Shown: positions 15,350 to 29,610 of the stretch, piece by piece
How the letters are laid out: every line of letters begins with the position of its first letter
Position numbering within the stretch: the first letter of the stretch is position 1
Origin: Chrysomallon squamiferum
Taxonomy: Eukaryota > Animalia > Mollusca
Direction of reading: 5' to 3'
NCBI GenBank assembly: GCA_012295275.1
Contig: CM022669.1
Coordinates: 1,736,001 to 1,800,000, forward strand
Length of the DNA: 64,000 nt
Program-made: the position numbers and the translations under genes
The notes under the pieces: generated by a model
What the model was told of the DNA's origin: nothing
The model's database searches: none
Seen by the model: only the letters and a program-made list of their open reading frames with translations

Positions 15350-15953
15350 TGAATGGGTGCATGTATCAGATTAAACATTTCAGTGAACCAGCAGGCACTG
15401 TCCACATCCAGGCCAACATTTTACAATACCAAGACAATATCACCATATTTTTCACCTCTGTATTTCACAATGTTCTTTCATATGGGCTGTGCACCTAATG
15501 ACCATATGCTGAAACCTATCCTGATTGACTGATATTGAAATAATTGCAAACATTTGACAGGAGTGTATCATCACTGGAGATTACATCATTAAATGGTGTG
15601 CTTTTCTCTGATAAATCCCATTTCCATTTAAGAAATGCTGATGGTTGATTGCAGGTGTGGGTAAGGCATGGATAATATTACCACAATGACTGCTGTGTCC
15701 AGAGAGATCAATCAGGTAAATGAAGTGTCAAGGGGTGGGGTCACCAAACAGCACTCCATAACAAAAATGTCTGCACTCAACAAGATCGTTTTGCTTGGAA
15801 TGGCCAGCACTGTCCCCTGATTTATCACAAGTAAAGCATCTTTGGGATTACCTTGGTCAGTGCATCTCACATTTACTACAAATGAAAATCTTTAAAAAAC
15901 AGGAATAATGTCCTACTTTTAATGCTGCAGATGGTGGTCATACATGCTACTGA
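15350..15953 (+). mobile_element. Tc1/mariner transposase fossil
   Basis: Decayed frames VLFSDKSHFHLRNADG*LQVWVRHG (15598-), LEWPALSPDLSQVKHLWDYLG (15795-) and AADGGHTCY* correspond to the Tc1 motifs VLFSDES, WPxxSPDLxPIExLW and GGHTRY. Confidence 0.85.
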
Positions 15954-18743
15954 TGTTTAATTATAACCACACATATCTTTCATACATAGATGAATTAAAA
16001 GTAACCAATATTTTTCTATTCCTTTTTACATCATCAATCTGCTGCTATTAAACAACAAAAACATTTACTGCTCAGGTATTATTTTCAAAATCCAATCATT
16101 TCTTGGTGCTGAGTTGTTAATGCTGTTCAGTATATAATACTGTATTTAATAAATTTTATTACTACAACTGATAGAAGCAAAATGTTCATTTGTATATAAA
16201 TCAGTGTATAAAAATTAGAAGTCTTAACTGCTAACACTAACTAAGACAAGAAATAAAATAAATTATGACGTAAGTTAGTTTGACGTTTACAAATTGTCTA
16301 TACAACTACATCTAATTTAATTATTCACCATCATCATCATTACACATTCAAAAAGACTGGCCTAATGGCTGTTGGATATGATAATGACATGCTGCTTTTT
16401 TGTCTTAATTGAGTCATCCTCTGCCAAGTGGTTCCTTTCCATTCTTTCTTTGTTTATCTGGTTTTCCTATAGATCAGTCATGGATAAACATTGACCCTAG
16501 GTACTTTCTAAATCAGCATGCCTAATTTCACAAGGAAAATAACACTGATGATGAGCTATATCTAAGTTAACTGCTTCTCTGTTACATTTTTTTTTGTTTC
16601 CTGATTATGTGATATTTAACACACTTCTTTCAATCTTTGTTTGTGCTGCTGCAATTCTGTTGTTTGCCTGTTTAGTTGCAGCCTATGTCATTGCTGGTAT
16701 ACATGTTTGTTCTAGAAGATTCCAGTTTCCTTTGATGATGATATTTTGTATGTGGTTGTTAACTAATGTTTGTTTATTTTCTCCCTAGTGCTGTACATGT
16801 CTCAGACAAAACTTTCAGTGTTCTGTTAGTATGCTGTTGACATATACTGTTATGAATCAAGTTTTCATTTGAAATGGGAAATAACTTACATGGGAAATAA
16901 AAGGATTATTAAAATAACTGACTGTTTTGATATGGTTTGTTGCCTGTAAGTTTTCAGAAAAAACAGAAAAATTCCAGCAGAGACTGATTTGTGAAGAGAA
17001 ATATCAAATAAGAGCAACAGTATGGCAGAATGTCACTGATTCACAACAGTATGTATGGCTGCAAGAACTACACAATGGTTTGGTCACATCAACTCAACTA
17101 TCATCTTAAATATTTTTCTTCTTGGGGTTTAATTTCCTTTTATTCCTAACGTATAAATGTAAACCCAATTATTTTATATTAGAAATAGAAAACAATGTTT
17201 TCCCAAAGTCAAAACATTTTATAAAGAACTATGACATGCCCCAGTACATTTTCTAAGCAGCTGATTTTTTATTGTAATTATAATTATAATAATACAAATT
17301 TATGCATTATTAGTTTAAAAATATATTAATGCTAATTTATTAATGGTGTTTGGTTTTACAAATTTAGACAACGTGCCAAAAAAAGTCATTCTGAATGTAA
17401 TTTTGGTTATATATGCTTCACTTGTCATATTGCATCAAAGATTATAAAACAGTACTTTTAAGATAAATTATCATTTCAAAATAAAACTGAAAAGAATTCA
17501 TCTAAGATGATGGCGCTTAAAGATAATTATCCTTTCTCAGAAATAATAAGGCGTTAACTGAAGTTTTAATAATTATATTTTGACAAGCACTTACTGATTT
17601 AGCCATTATACTTCCAAAATAAAATTATAAATCTATGGTAAATTGTCTAGAATCAATTATTTAGCCTGATTCCAGTTGTTAGAATAATTATATCTTATCA
17701 AAAACAAGACTTGAAAAGAAAATTGTTATAATTAAATTTTATCAGAAAGTTACAATTGGAAAAACAAAAATTAAAACCTTTATTTGTAATAAATAAGGCT
17801 TTCTTTTGTATATATATATATAGTTTCTTTTTCTTTCTTTCTTTTATATTATTATAAATTTTTTGTATTTGTTTGTTTATATACACACATATACAAACAG
17901 ACAGATAGAAACACAACACACACAACTCAGTTTAGCTTGGCCTAATAAAAACTAATACAAGCACTATTGATTAGTTAGAGTAGAGGTCTACCAGGATATG
18001 AAGACAAGAGAATGGAGACCCAGTTTGAATGCTATTCTTCTTTATTACACAGGCTGTTAGAAAAATCAATATATAAAAAATAAATAAAATCGCCAGGCCT
18101 TTAACAAAAACTGTTACATTATCAAAACAATTTTTGTTATTTAGAATGTGCAGTCAATGAATGTTTTACTTTAAAAAAAATGTTCTCTATACAGTCATAT
18201 CTGATGTTTCTGTGTGATATCAAACGATTTGTCACCATTTTCAATGTCATATATTTAATTAATATTTGGAATTTTTCATATTTGTATCTGTTCTTATTTT
18301 ATTTTCATTATCTATGTGTGGATATTTTGTAAAGAAAAACATTTTCACAACATGAAACAAGAAATAAATTTACAAAGATATATCACCAGTATAAAAAAAA
18401 AAACGCAGCAAAAGACATCTTATTATTTCAATGTTAAAAAATATTTATCTTTATGGTCTGTTTAATAAGAAGTATATATACTACAAATATGCTAACATTC
18501 ATGTAGTATGATTTAATAACATGACTTGTATTACTTTCTTCTTTGTTTAATTAGAAGAGAAATGACTCATCAATTGTAAATAATTTATTTGGTTTATAAA
18601 AGAACTTATTTAATAGAATCATATAAACATTTTCTGTTATCATTGTTTTGAACTGAATCAAGAAAATCAATTAACTGAAAGAAAAATTAAGTTTTATTAA
18701 CTTTTGTTTACTGTTCTTGTGTTTTATATATTAAACAAGATAA

Positions 18744-18745
<2 letters not shown>

Positions 18746-18789
<44 letters not shown>
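18746..18789. repeat. (TG)n microsatellite
   Basis: Directly visible. Confidence 0.95.
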
Positions 18790-18791
<2 letters not shown>

Positions 18792-21313
18792 CTGTTGTTA
18801 ATAATAATTAACATCTTCTTTTTTCATATTATGATAATATCTCACATTCAGTGAAAAAAAGGGGAAATGCATGACTGACTATCAGTAATAATTTCTTACA
18901 GAGTGATATATCAATAAATCAATATATATGAACACAATACAACTTCAAAATGATAAAACTGAAGTAATGTATAATTTATTATTATGAGTAAATGGAATGA
19001 AAGACTGACTGTTTGATAGTTGTTGGAAGGTTTTTTGTGTGGATTTATTTTTTATTTTTTTTATTATTATTATTTATCTTACTTTTTATATTATTTTTTT
19101 TATGACTCATTTAACAAAATTCAAGTTTCTTTCACTGACTTTCATTAATGTACATATCTATGAAAAATACATAAATACAGAACAATAGGTCTGTGATAAA
19201 AATATAAATGTTACAATATTTATTTTTAAGTTGGTATGTTTATATAATTGTAGAATTCCATATGGTAACATTAAACTTTTGATAATATGTTACTGTTCAG
19301 ATTTTACCTATATAATCACATCATAAACTTATTACAGATAACAAGCATATTTTCTTGTTTATTCATACTGAGTAAATTTAATTTCTGTAAAAAGATTTTT
19401 CTTTTACTACTATAACAATCTATGAAAAACAATTCAATTTCCATCTTGGTAATGCTGTTTAAAATTATTGTATTATTAAACTTATTACCATTCATTTTGA
19501 TTATATATATACAGAAGAAGCATCTCATGTATCATGCCACTGAGCAATCAGCATACAAACAGTCCATCCCGATGCAGACAAACATCACCAAATGCATCCC
19601 TTTAATGCTAATGATAAAATGTTAGATTATTAATCATACCTAATCCAATTCCACAATAAAACATTCATTATTACCATCATATGATCATAACTGCATTTCA
19701 TAGAACATCAAACTCAAGCAGATTAAATGAATTTCAACTGTCCATTGTGATTATATAGTTTTTATTACAATAAGCCCAGTACAAAAGAATATATATTATG
19801 ACATATGGTGTTCTTTTCATTACCCAAAGCAACAGGGCATATGCAAACTAACATATTACCAAGTTTTATTACTTTATTTTAATTTATTTGGAAGCAACAG
19901 TAATTTACAAAACATGCTAAACTTTTCTGGTTAAGTATGTAGTTCATCTTTTTTCAAATTTTTCAGATTAAAAGCCTTTTCAGTCAGTTAATATATACAT
20001 TTTTCCACTGCTTCACTTTTTAATATTTCCTTTTCCTGTTCAAGAAATACTTTTAATTTTCTGATGAAAAATATCATCACATAATTATCAACAACAAAAG
20101 GCATCTTCCAAAATAAGATCAGCTTTATTTGTGCAAAATATTATCAAAACCTGTCACTGGCCAACTCTTTTCTACCAGAGGCAAAAATCATATGGATGGT
20201 TAAAAACATTAAATATAGTGATAAATACTGCAATTTAATTGAATATTTTTATTCTATTTTAGTAAATTAAATATTTATAATTATACATATACAGATTTAA
20301 TTATCTATAACTTTAGCTGGGGTAGAATTTTAATTTCATGGAATGAACTTGCTATCCTGAAAATTTCATAGTTATTTTGCTGTTTAAGGGTGATTATGGG
20401 AATTTAATGAACTTCAACCACAGTTTTCAATATTGTTTCAGTAGCACTTGAAAAAAGGGGGAAAAATTAAAGATATTTTTGGATTGTAAAATTGCTGTTA
20501 CTCTGTTAATTTTCAAGTTATCCTCATAAATATGGTATTATTTCACAGATTTTTTTCAAGGGTGGCACAATTTTATTATTATTTTTTTTTTTTTTTTTTT
20601 TTGCATACCTATGTCAAGAGATCTTCTGGGTCACCAGTTACCACCTACCCAATTTTTTACAGAAGCAGATCATCATTATTTTTATTTTGCTCTATGATGT
20701 GGAAACCACTTGTATCAGAACCACTGCTAAAAGTCAGTGAAGTAAGTCAAATTTCTATCATTGTTATTCTGATACATGTAACTTTGTAAGGCACCAAGCT
20801 CTCCATAGTTCTGTTAGACTATGTGATCAAAAATACAAAACATCAAAAATTATGTTTGTGCATCAAATATCATGGCAGGCTTTTCTACCCTGTCACAAAT
20901 CTGAATTATGTCAAAAAGATTATGTTCATGTAAATAACAACAACAACAACAACAACAACAACAATAATGGTCCGATTTAAAAATGAAAATATTAATATTG
21001 GGATTGTTAAGAATATAAAATTATTATCACCCTCTCCTTTAATGCACATTTACCCCCCCCCCAAAAAAAAATCAGTATTTGTTTACATAATGACGGTAAT
21101 AATCGGGCTAATATAAATATTAAAATACTGAATCGTGAATATAATGATAAAATTATGTTTAAATAAATAATTTGTTTAATTATTCGAAAATATTCTACTT
21201 TCACAAATATTTTATTTATTTAATTATTCCATTACTAAAGTTGACCGTATTATTGTTGTTGTTATTATTGTCAGGATTGATAAAATATCAATATCTTAAT
21301 AACGGTTCCTCAC

Positions 21314-21478
21314 CTGCCCTCGATAAATAAATCCATATTTTTGGGCTACCAGACGTGCTGTCTTCTCCCCTCCATCCATATGAACCGCCCAAGTATCTGT
21401 ATAGTGTTTGCCATACGCAACTTCCAACAGTATAAACCCTAATATTGAAACCCGTAGAACGCAGTTATAGCCATGCAT
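21314..21478 (-). CDS. FURIN: Furin-like proprotein convertase, first coding exon (signal peptide + start of propeptide)
   Basis: ATG at 21478, 55 codons: MHGYNCVLRVSILGFILLEVAYGKHYTDTWAVHMDGGEKTARLVAQKYGFIYRGQ, then donor GTGAG. A hydrophobic signal is followed by a TxTWAV..GG...A..vA.KyGF...GQ motif like human furin (TNTWAVRIPGGPAVANSVARKHGFLNLGQ). The exact paralogue (furin1/furin2/PC5-like) is not resolved. Confidence 0.88.
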
Positions 21479-21829
21479 TGTGCAGAGTAATCCGGTATTC
21501 TCCAAGAGGTAGCCACGAGCTACCCCCGGCGAGGAATCCCTCTCCGTTTACTCTTTGGCTGATAAATCCACTTTGGCTTCGGTCGGAGTTCCAAAGATAT
21601 CCTGAAAGGCCAAAATTCTAATATTAAAGTGCCGACAATCATCTGTGATTTGTATCCGCCTCACAAAAGTCACAACAGTCTAACCATTCTCCATCATAAT
21701 TGTTACATTTAGATGCAGATTATATGGATTCCTTGTGGTCGAAAGAAAAACACTGCGTATTTTGTTGATCGTTTTCTACATCTGGGTTACAAAACCCTAG
21801 CAAGAGATGAACTCTCTGTTTGACAGCCG

Positions 21830-21896
21830 CAAAAGCTATTTATAGCGAACACCAGATGGCGTGACTTTAATACGGAAGTATATTGCGCCTGCGCTT
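21830..21896 (-). promoter_or_regulatory. Putative core/proximal promoter of the furin-like gene
   Basis: Minus-strand TATAAATA (21837-21844; also a perfect MEF2 CTA(W)4TAG), CTCF-like CACCAGATGGCG (21850-21861), ETS CGGAAGT (21873-21879) and NRF1-like TGCGCCTGCGC (21884-21894) within ~65 bp of CpG-rich DNA, ~360 bp upstream of the ATG. Confidence 0.5.
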
Positions 21897-22279
21897 TTCT
21901 TGAAATCTGTCAGATACTATAATCTATTCAGCGAGGTTCAGATTATTTCCAAAAATTATAATGTATTTTAAAAAGCTATTGCATCATGGCACATATCTGA
22001 TTTTCTTTTCTTTTTTTCTAAATTAAATTCTATCATTTTTCTTTAAGGTAGTTAATGTAAGTAGTTAAAAATAAAAAACATAGAATCAGAGATCAAACAT
22101 GCCCACAAAATTCGTCACATACATACATTATATCCACGCATAATTATTTCCCGTACATAATTATATAGTCAAAAATTTCAAGTTCAGCGTTTAATATATT
22201 TTTTATAAATTGACACAATAAAATAAATAAATAAATAATAAAATTGTTAGTTAAGTATATGCTTAAACATACATTCATT

Positions 22280-22326
22280 CATACATACATACATACATAC
22301 ATACATACATACATACATACATACAT
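22280..22326. repeat. (CATA)n microsatellite
   Basis: Directly visible. Confidence 0.95.
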
Positions 22327-22590
22327 GTATACATAATTATATACATACAATGTATGTGCATATAGATACGTATGTATATATCACTGTGTCTTTAGATAAT
22401 ATATGTATATGGAAAGAAATAATAATATTTAATATTGATATTATTCCAAAGTTAAATGAAATACGCTAAAATAATATTTACTATCGTCCAGGCATTTTGG
22501 GTATATTATTTCCGAATGGATAATTAATTAATTACGAAACCACAACTCAAATAATAATAATAATAATAAAAGTGAACAATGTCAGAATAT

Positions 22591-22626
<36 letters not shown>

Positions 22627-23161
22627 ACAAGAATAACAAAGAAAACAGTAAAAGCAATAACAACAAAACCAAAAAACAAATTGAATCACTGTACCGACAT
22701 AATATTACACCTATAAAACATTATTATAAGACTTAATAAATTACGAAGGCGTCCATATGAAATCAAATCTAAAAAGTCCACATTTGAAAAGAGATATAAA
22801 ATACAAATTTAATATAGCTCGAGGAGCGAATACTATTTCACGATTCACCAAGATGTTTGTGTATCTTTTGAAAGATCAGGGACTCGATCTACGGTTTTCG
22901 AACTCATATCGATCAGCTGCAGGACATCTTTAATATGCACTTTCCGACAGACAGAAGACTTTATCCATGACTTGGCCAGATAGAATGCTATAGAGACAAT
23001 CACACGTCAGATAACATTGTATTGTAACTCGTCTCTTCGACTGTCTTTGTTGTTCAGTTACCGACAAACGTTTTTAAAAACTTTAGCTGGATGTTTAGGC
23101 CAGCAAAAAATATCATTTTGTTTGAAATTTTGAATATTGCTTATGGCCACTATATAAATTA

Positions 23162-23164
<3 letters not shown>

Positions 23165-23214
<50 letters not shown>
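23165..23214. repeat. (TG)n microsatellite
   Basis: Directly visible. Confidence 0.95.
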
Positions 23215-23215
<1 letters not shown>

Positions 23216-23919
23216 ACTCGTTTTAAAAGCTTATTTGGATGGAAATAAAAACAAAATTGCATTTTTCGTTAATGTATTTACTGAAATTGGTTTCTTACAA
23301 ATACGTCACCGGAATTCCCGAAAAGCTTTAATCTTGTTGAATTTCTCACATGAAGTAAAAACTAATAATAATAATAATAATAAAATAGGAATAATAAAAA
23401 TAATAATAAATAAATAATAAATAAATTAAATAAAATATAATAAAAAATAAAATAAAATAAAATAAAATAAAATAAAATAAGTAAGTTAGTATTGTAATTA
23501 AGTAAATAATCAGTCCAATACAAATTCAAGAAGAAAAAAAAACAATAAACAAAAGAACACAACCAAACAACAACAACAATAATAATATATGTTTTAAAAG
23601 TTAACAAAAAAAACAAAAAAACAAAAATTAATTACGTAATTAATAAAAATAATTTTAAATATATTTAAAAAAAATCAATTAAACGGATTTTAATATAGGC
23701 CTAATCACTCTGATCACCATTTTATATATATATACATATATTCTTAATTCTAACATTGTTGACTTAATAATTATAATAAGAAGAAAAATTATCAGATTGT
23801 CTTCTGTGTGACAAAACTTCTACGGTTCCCACACTTTATTTTGTTTCTTTTTGTTTGTTTTTGGTTACTGTTGCTATTGTTTTATTTATTTTATTTTATT
23901 ATTATTATTATTTTTTTTT

Positions 23920-23924
<5 letters not shown>

Positions 23925-24003
<79 letters not shown>

Positions 24004-24004
24004 T
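23925..24004. repeat. (TTTA)n/(TTA)n microsatellite
   Basis: Directly visible. Confidence 0.95.
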
Positions 24005-25329
24005 AGTTTCGGGTTTTTACTTTTTAAAAGTTAAGAAGTTCAGCAAGGGCTGGACATTATTTTACACTTAAATTTACATTTTTAGCAGATTACAGAATAG
24101 CTCCATAAAAGTTTCATGATCAGTACTCTTGCGTACCTATAATCTCTTAATTTCTTGTCCATGGTCAAAAATGATTTATCAAAAATTGTATACGTTTCAT
24201 ATTTCCTATTTTCTGTCTAACTAAGGTTCGTTCTCCATATATCATACTAATTAATAAGGGAAGCCCAGTTGCGTTCTTTTCTGCTTTTATCATAAAAAGT
24301 ATATAAAATTCAAGGCATTTAGTAATCGATAATAATAAAACGAGTATTCACATATTCATTCAATCATTCATTCATTTTCGAGGAAAGCATTAGCTACTGA
24401 AGTAATCTAATTATAATAATTCTAATTCGATCAACAATATACATATATACTTCGACTGACATAGATGTATTTATTTATTTATTAAGTTATTTATCTATTT
24501 ATTTCTGAATTCGTTTTAATTTTACTTTTTAAAAACCACATTGATTAATTATTTACATCGATTTACTCACATAAAAATGAAATTTTAGCTGTTTATTATG
24601 TTGTTAAATTATTAGGTTGGGAATACGTCAGTTCAGTTGAACGATAAGATAAAATTAAAACGTCGTATTTTGGAATTCTATCGGTGGAAATAAAAAAAAA
24701 TAATAATAATAATATAAAAAAATAAAGTTGTTTTTTTCCCTTTGGTTTTCTTTATTCACACAAATCTTCTCGTTTAAAAAGAATCGCGGTATAGAATACG
24801 GTTTGAGTGAGTTCGTCCAGCAACAATATATACAGTTATGGACCACATTTTTCTCAGATACTTTTCTTTTTTCTCCTGACTAATATAATTATCAGTTATG
24901 TGGGAGGCCGTACTAATTGCTACCTCAGCGTTTTCATTTAACTTTATTTACCCCGTTTTTTTTTTTCGTTTTTTCGTTTTTTGTTTTTTTTACATTTACA
25001 ATAAAATTACGGTTTCATTTCTAATTGCTGCAATAAATTTACGTTTACTTTTATTATTCGGCTAAGTATTAGTAATTATGTTGTGTGTGTGTGTGTGCAA
25101 ACACAAATACATCCAACAAAAACCAAAAAGAACAATAAAAAACGTAATATCAGTAAAATGTTAGATATCTTCTACCCACTTTTTGTAAAAAAATAAAAAA
25201 ATAAAAAATAAAATAATTGCACAACTAAGGATTATTTTTATTATTATTATTACTTAATTATATAAATACGTTTGGTTGTTATGTGTAAAGAAAATCGATT
25301 CGTTATTTTCCCTCGAACTAAATCTGTGA

Positions 25330-25510
25330 CGAGCCTATAAAAAATAATACAATGACATTATCCGATAGAAGCCGAAAGATTCCGAAATTAGTCGAATAAA
25401 CCGAGAAGGAAGTGGTCATACAAGTGGCAGGAAAAGAGTACAAAGTTTTTATATATTAAAACTTCATTTTGTATTGAAATTTGATTTGATTTTCCTATAC
25501 GCTGGTACGT
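25330..25510 (+). promoter_or_regulatory. Putative promoter and non-coding first exon of the ankyrin/coiled-coil gene
   Basis: CpG-rich patch with CTATAAAAA (~25335), an Inr-like TTAGT (~25388), GGAAGT, and a donor-like CTG|GTACGT at 25504/25505. CpG density drops shortly downstream. Confidence 0.35.
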
Positions 25511-27509
25511 ATATGTCATGAAAATTTTTAAAACTACTTTGCTTTTAAATGTTATCAATATTAACTATAGTATATTCGAGGCATTTGTTTTCATTAAAGC
25601 AGAAAGATAATTTAAGATGTAACTTGTAAAGTTGTGTCAAGTAAGGGAGATAATTTATAATTTTTTTTTTTAATTTTTTTTTTTATATAACCAGTTCTGT
25701 TATTATACAACTTCTCACAGAAAATGTTTATTATTTAGCTATTAATTAGTAATCGTGCACCGCTTATTAACAGAGATTTTAATCGGTGTTTTGCTAATGC
25801 AGAGATAAAAAGTCTGAGAAAACTATAAACTAAACCCGCTTTAAAGTGTCTTTTGCTTCTCAGATTGTAAAATAAATCAGTTTTAACAACATTGGCAAGT
25901 GGCTGTGTACAAAAGTATATGTAAATTATACTACATTTCAGGGGTTTTTTGGGGTGTTTTTTTTGTTTTTTTTGAATAGGTAAGAATGAATGTGTTATTC
26001 TGTCACTTGTCACTTCTCATTTAATTAGACCGACAACGTGAAATAATAATAAAATTTCATTTCAACTTTCTTATTATGAAGAACTGTTCATAAAGAAATG
26101 ACTTGAATTGCATGAATATGTTTTAGCAAACTTTTGTTTCTTTAAATTAATGTTTAATAACTTGATAAAAAAATGAATTTAGTCAGTCTGATATACACAT
26201 AATACAGTAACCATTAATATTATTTCTCTGGACAGGTGTCCAGATATTGATAATCTATAGTTTACCTGAGGCAAATTATTTTGCTAATTTGTACACATAC
26301 AAACACTCATCTGTATCTTTTTTTCTTTTTTTTTCAAGAACTTACTCCAATTTACTTCACATCTTCATATGTTCCTGAAGAAAAATAATCACAAAAAGAA
26401 CTTAAGGAAACAATTGAAATTTGAATGGTACTTCTATGCTTTATACATGTATATGCATGCAGTTTAATTTTAGTGAATAAATATTTTATTATTATTATCT
26501 TTTTAAAAATATATTTACACTGTACAGATAAATTAGTTAAATTGCAAACAATGGGTGCACCACAGAATAATTGTTTCCAGTCTTGACAATGAAATTATGT
26601 TGAGATAATTTCAAACAATTGTGACAATTTCAAACCTGGTGTTAAATGAGGTCAAGAACAAACTATCATTCAAAACACTTTCAATATTTGGTCTTTTGTT
26701 CTGCTAGAAATGTTTCTCTTGGCACCTGTCTTTGTAAGTGATAAACAGCTGAAGCTATGTGCCTTAAATAGGTTAGCATTGTCATCTTACAGACTGCCAG
26801 TTTAAATATTAAGTAGTCTTGAACTTAGTTTGGCATTTTATATGATTTAATTGATTCTAATACTAATTGATACTAAAATCATTTGTTAGTAATGATAGTG
26901 ATTTCAGAATAATAAAAAAATTAAATATTAGTACTCATTATATAATTTCGTGTATTTTATCATTTGGAAAAATAATGGCAGATACACATTTAGCTTAGAT
27001 TATTTTTAAGATACGTAATTTTCTACATTTTTTTTTTTTCTATTTTTTGTTGATTATACTTTCCTTATTTCTCTGTATTTCTGTCTTTTTATATCTTTTC
27101 TCTTTCTTTTTACCTCTTTCTAAAGCACTTTAAAGATCTCTGAATGGCTATATAGGCCTGAAACGGAATCTAGATTTTTAAAAGTCACAGAGAATGATTA
27201 TTATCACAGTGTCACAGCATGTTTTTTTGTATTATTAATTTATGAAAAGAAAACAAATCTATATAATTCATTCTGTTTAAGAACATAATTATTTTTTTCA
27301 TGTTTTTCCTAACAGGTTTATAATGCTGTTATCTGTGCTTTGCCTTTTCAGCATTTGTTTTAATCTTCATATTCAGCTTTTTGGAGGAAATTTAAAAAGA
27401 AAAAATGAAATGTGTCTAGTTTTCATATTAAATAAATACATTTCTTCTCAAACTGATGATCAGTATACTGGTTATAGTTTTGTCTTTATTTTAATTGGAT
27501 TTTATAAGT

Positions 27510-27660
27510 TGTCGTGTGATGGCAGCATATTCACTGGGGTTGAATAATGTTCACAGATAAATCCAGGCTTGGTTTTCATGTCAGTAACAGTCAGCTGTGT
27601 GTCTACAGACATCCATGAGAGCATTTGCCTATATAGGACTTTGTGTGATGAATGTCAAAG
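27510..27660 (+). mobile_element. Tc1/mariner transposase fragment
   Basis: WG*IMFTDKSRLGFHVSNSQLCVYRHP*E resembles WxxVLFTDESRF...DGRVRVYRRPGE. Confidence 0.65.
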
Positions 27661-29273
27661 TTACATGAATGAGAAATAATCAGGCCAACAGATTGGGGAT
27701 AAGTAAGTTCTGAAGGACGAATCTGCCTGATAGCATCATGCTAGGTGACAAACTTTCTTGAACAGTAAGGTGTAACCAGGACGGACTGAACAACAAATTT
27801 GCCTGATTTGCACCAATATGGCAAGTTCAAGATCACAGTATCTTTCCTGCCAACCTGTAATATCTAAGTCAACAAGTTCCAGAACAAATGACTTACTAGT
27901 AAACTGTTATGTTTGATAATGGTTTTCTATCATTACTGAAGAATATATAAAATTTTGGATGCATTTTACATTATCAATCTAATTCACCAGGAAACTGATT
28001 CGATTATTACTTTTTGACCTTTAAATTCTTTTGATTAGTAAGTATACACAAGTGTATTAATCTGTTTATCAAGTCTTCATTGTCAGGGTAAGTTATTTTA
28101 CAGAATCTCTGCTCCGTGTCTGATACTTTCATACAGTTATCACTTTCATACCTTATTTTTCATTTTTTGTAACTTTCTGAGACAAAGAGTAAACAAAAAC
28201 ATATTGATGATAGCTGTCCTTGTAATATTCAGGCCATACAGATTTTAGTTTTAATATTTTTTATCATGGTAGATGGTGCAAATTACATCAAAATTGGTCA
28301 TTTTGTTTTCCACACTGATTTTACATGCCTTTTCATTGATATAAAAGCATATTGCTTCAGCATTTGATAAACTTGAACTGAGCCAATATATATAAAACCA
28401 ATTGCTGTATTAGGATTGATTTTGCCACCTATCGTGATTAGTTAATCCAGTTCCAACATAAATAAAGAAAAAAAAGCAGGCAATAAAACTTCATATATAA
28501 CATAATCTGTGTATAAATTTAACAGTTCTGTTTTAAACTATTACAGTATAAAACTGAGTTTTTGAATTTACAATACATATATAATACAAAAATGTTCAAT
28601 AGTTGCTTATCTACTAACATTTAGTTTTTAAAATGATACATAAATATTTCAATTAATTATACAAATATCTGTCTGCTTGTGACAATAGAAGAGTGATAAA
28701 AACATAGCCTGTTGTTTAACCTACACCGAAATTCCTCTGTCACAGCACTTGACCTAATTCAAGCTTCTTGGTATTTCAAAAGCCTCAAATATGACATTTT
28801 TACCTCAGTGAATTACAGGCAACAATTCACTGGTCTATTTTTTTTATATGTATTTTTGCCTTATGGCTTAGATTAAGAGTCGCCTATACTACTCATTGTT
28901 TTTTGTGTATAATTTATTCTTAGCTATTTAATATATATTTTCTTTAATTTTTTAATTTTTAATTATTATTATTTTCTAATTCACGGTCATTCTTTTCTAC
29001 TGTCAAATGATTTATGTGACTAGCAAGTGTATGGATCTTTTGTACATTGATTTTTACTTGTTATTTGCTTGTCACAGTAGTATTTTAAGTATTTTATTAT
29101 AGTGCTTTTGTTAATTAAGGATGTATACTCTATAAAAAAAAATGCACAGAATGAAATATTCATGGAATTACAAAGTGGCCTAATTTCATTACTTACATAT
29201 CACAGTAAAATTTGACTTGAGTATGTGACATTGTTTTTTCATCACTCAACCTCATCACAAGAGTGTGCCGAAT

Positions 29274-29610
29274 TCAGTACTTGTACAGCCACCAGCAACA
29301 GCAATTACTACATGACATTTCCCAGTCCATGCTTCCTGCAGTGAATGTCAATTTGCAAAAATGTCACAGTAGCACATAAATATTCTCCTTCTGTAGGAAA
29401 TCCATTGCTACACATACCTGTTGTCCTGCTTATAAAATTCTCTCTGCTGATCCCAAATGGGAAGCATGTGATGGCAAAGTATTTCATCCTGGTAACATAC
29501 TATTGGTTTGCCGTATGTGAAGAATCCGTCACTGAATCTATCTATATGATGCAGTTATTAGCAAAATATTGTGGCATCTGTATATACATTGTTGTCCATC
29601 ATGTTGCTTG
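29274..29610 (-). mobile_element. Tc1/mariner transposase fossil
   Basis: Reverse-strand pieces QHDGQQCIYR, YQDEILCHHMLPIWDQQREFYKQDN, AMDFLQKENIYVL and VIAVAGGCT..Y* follow the Tc1 DDE-domain motif order. Confidence 0.72.

Noticed and set aside
30-24846. Many 60-100-aa ORFs rich in F/I/L/Y/C/V or H/T
   Set aside because: Translations of microsatellites and AT-rich intron/intergenic DNA; only 21296-21505 overlaps a real exon.
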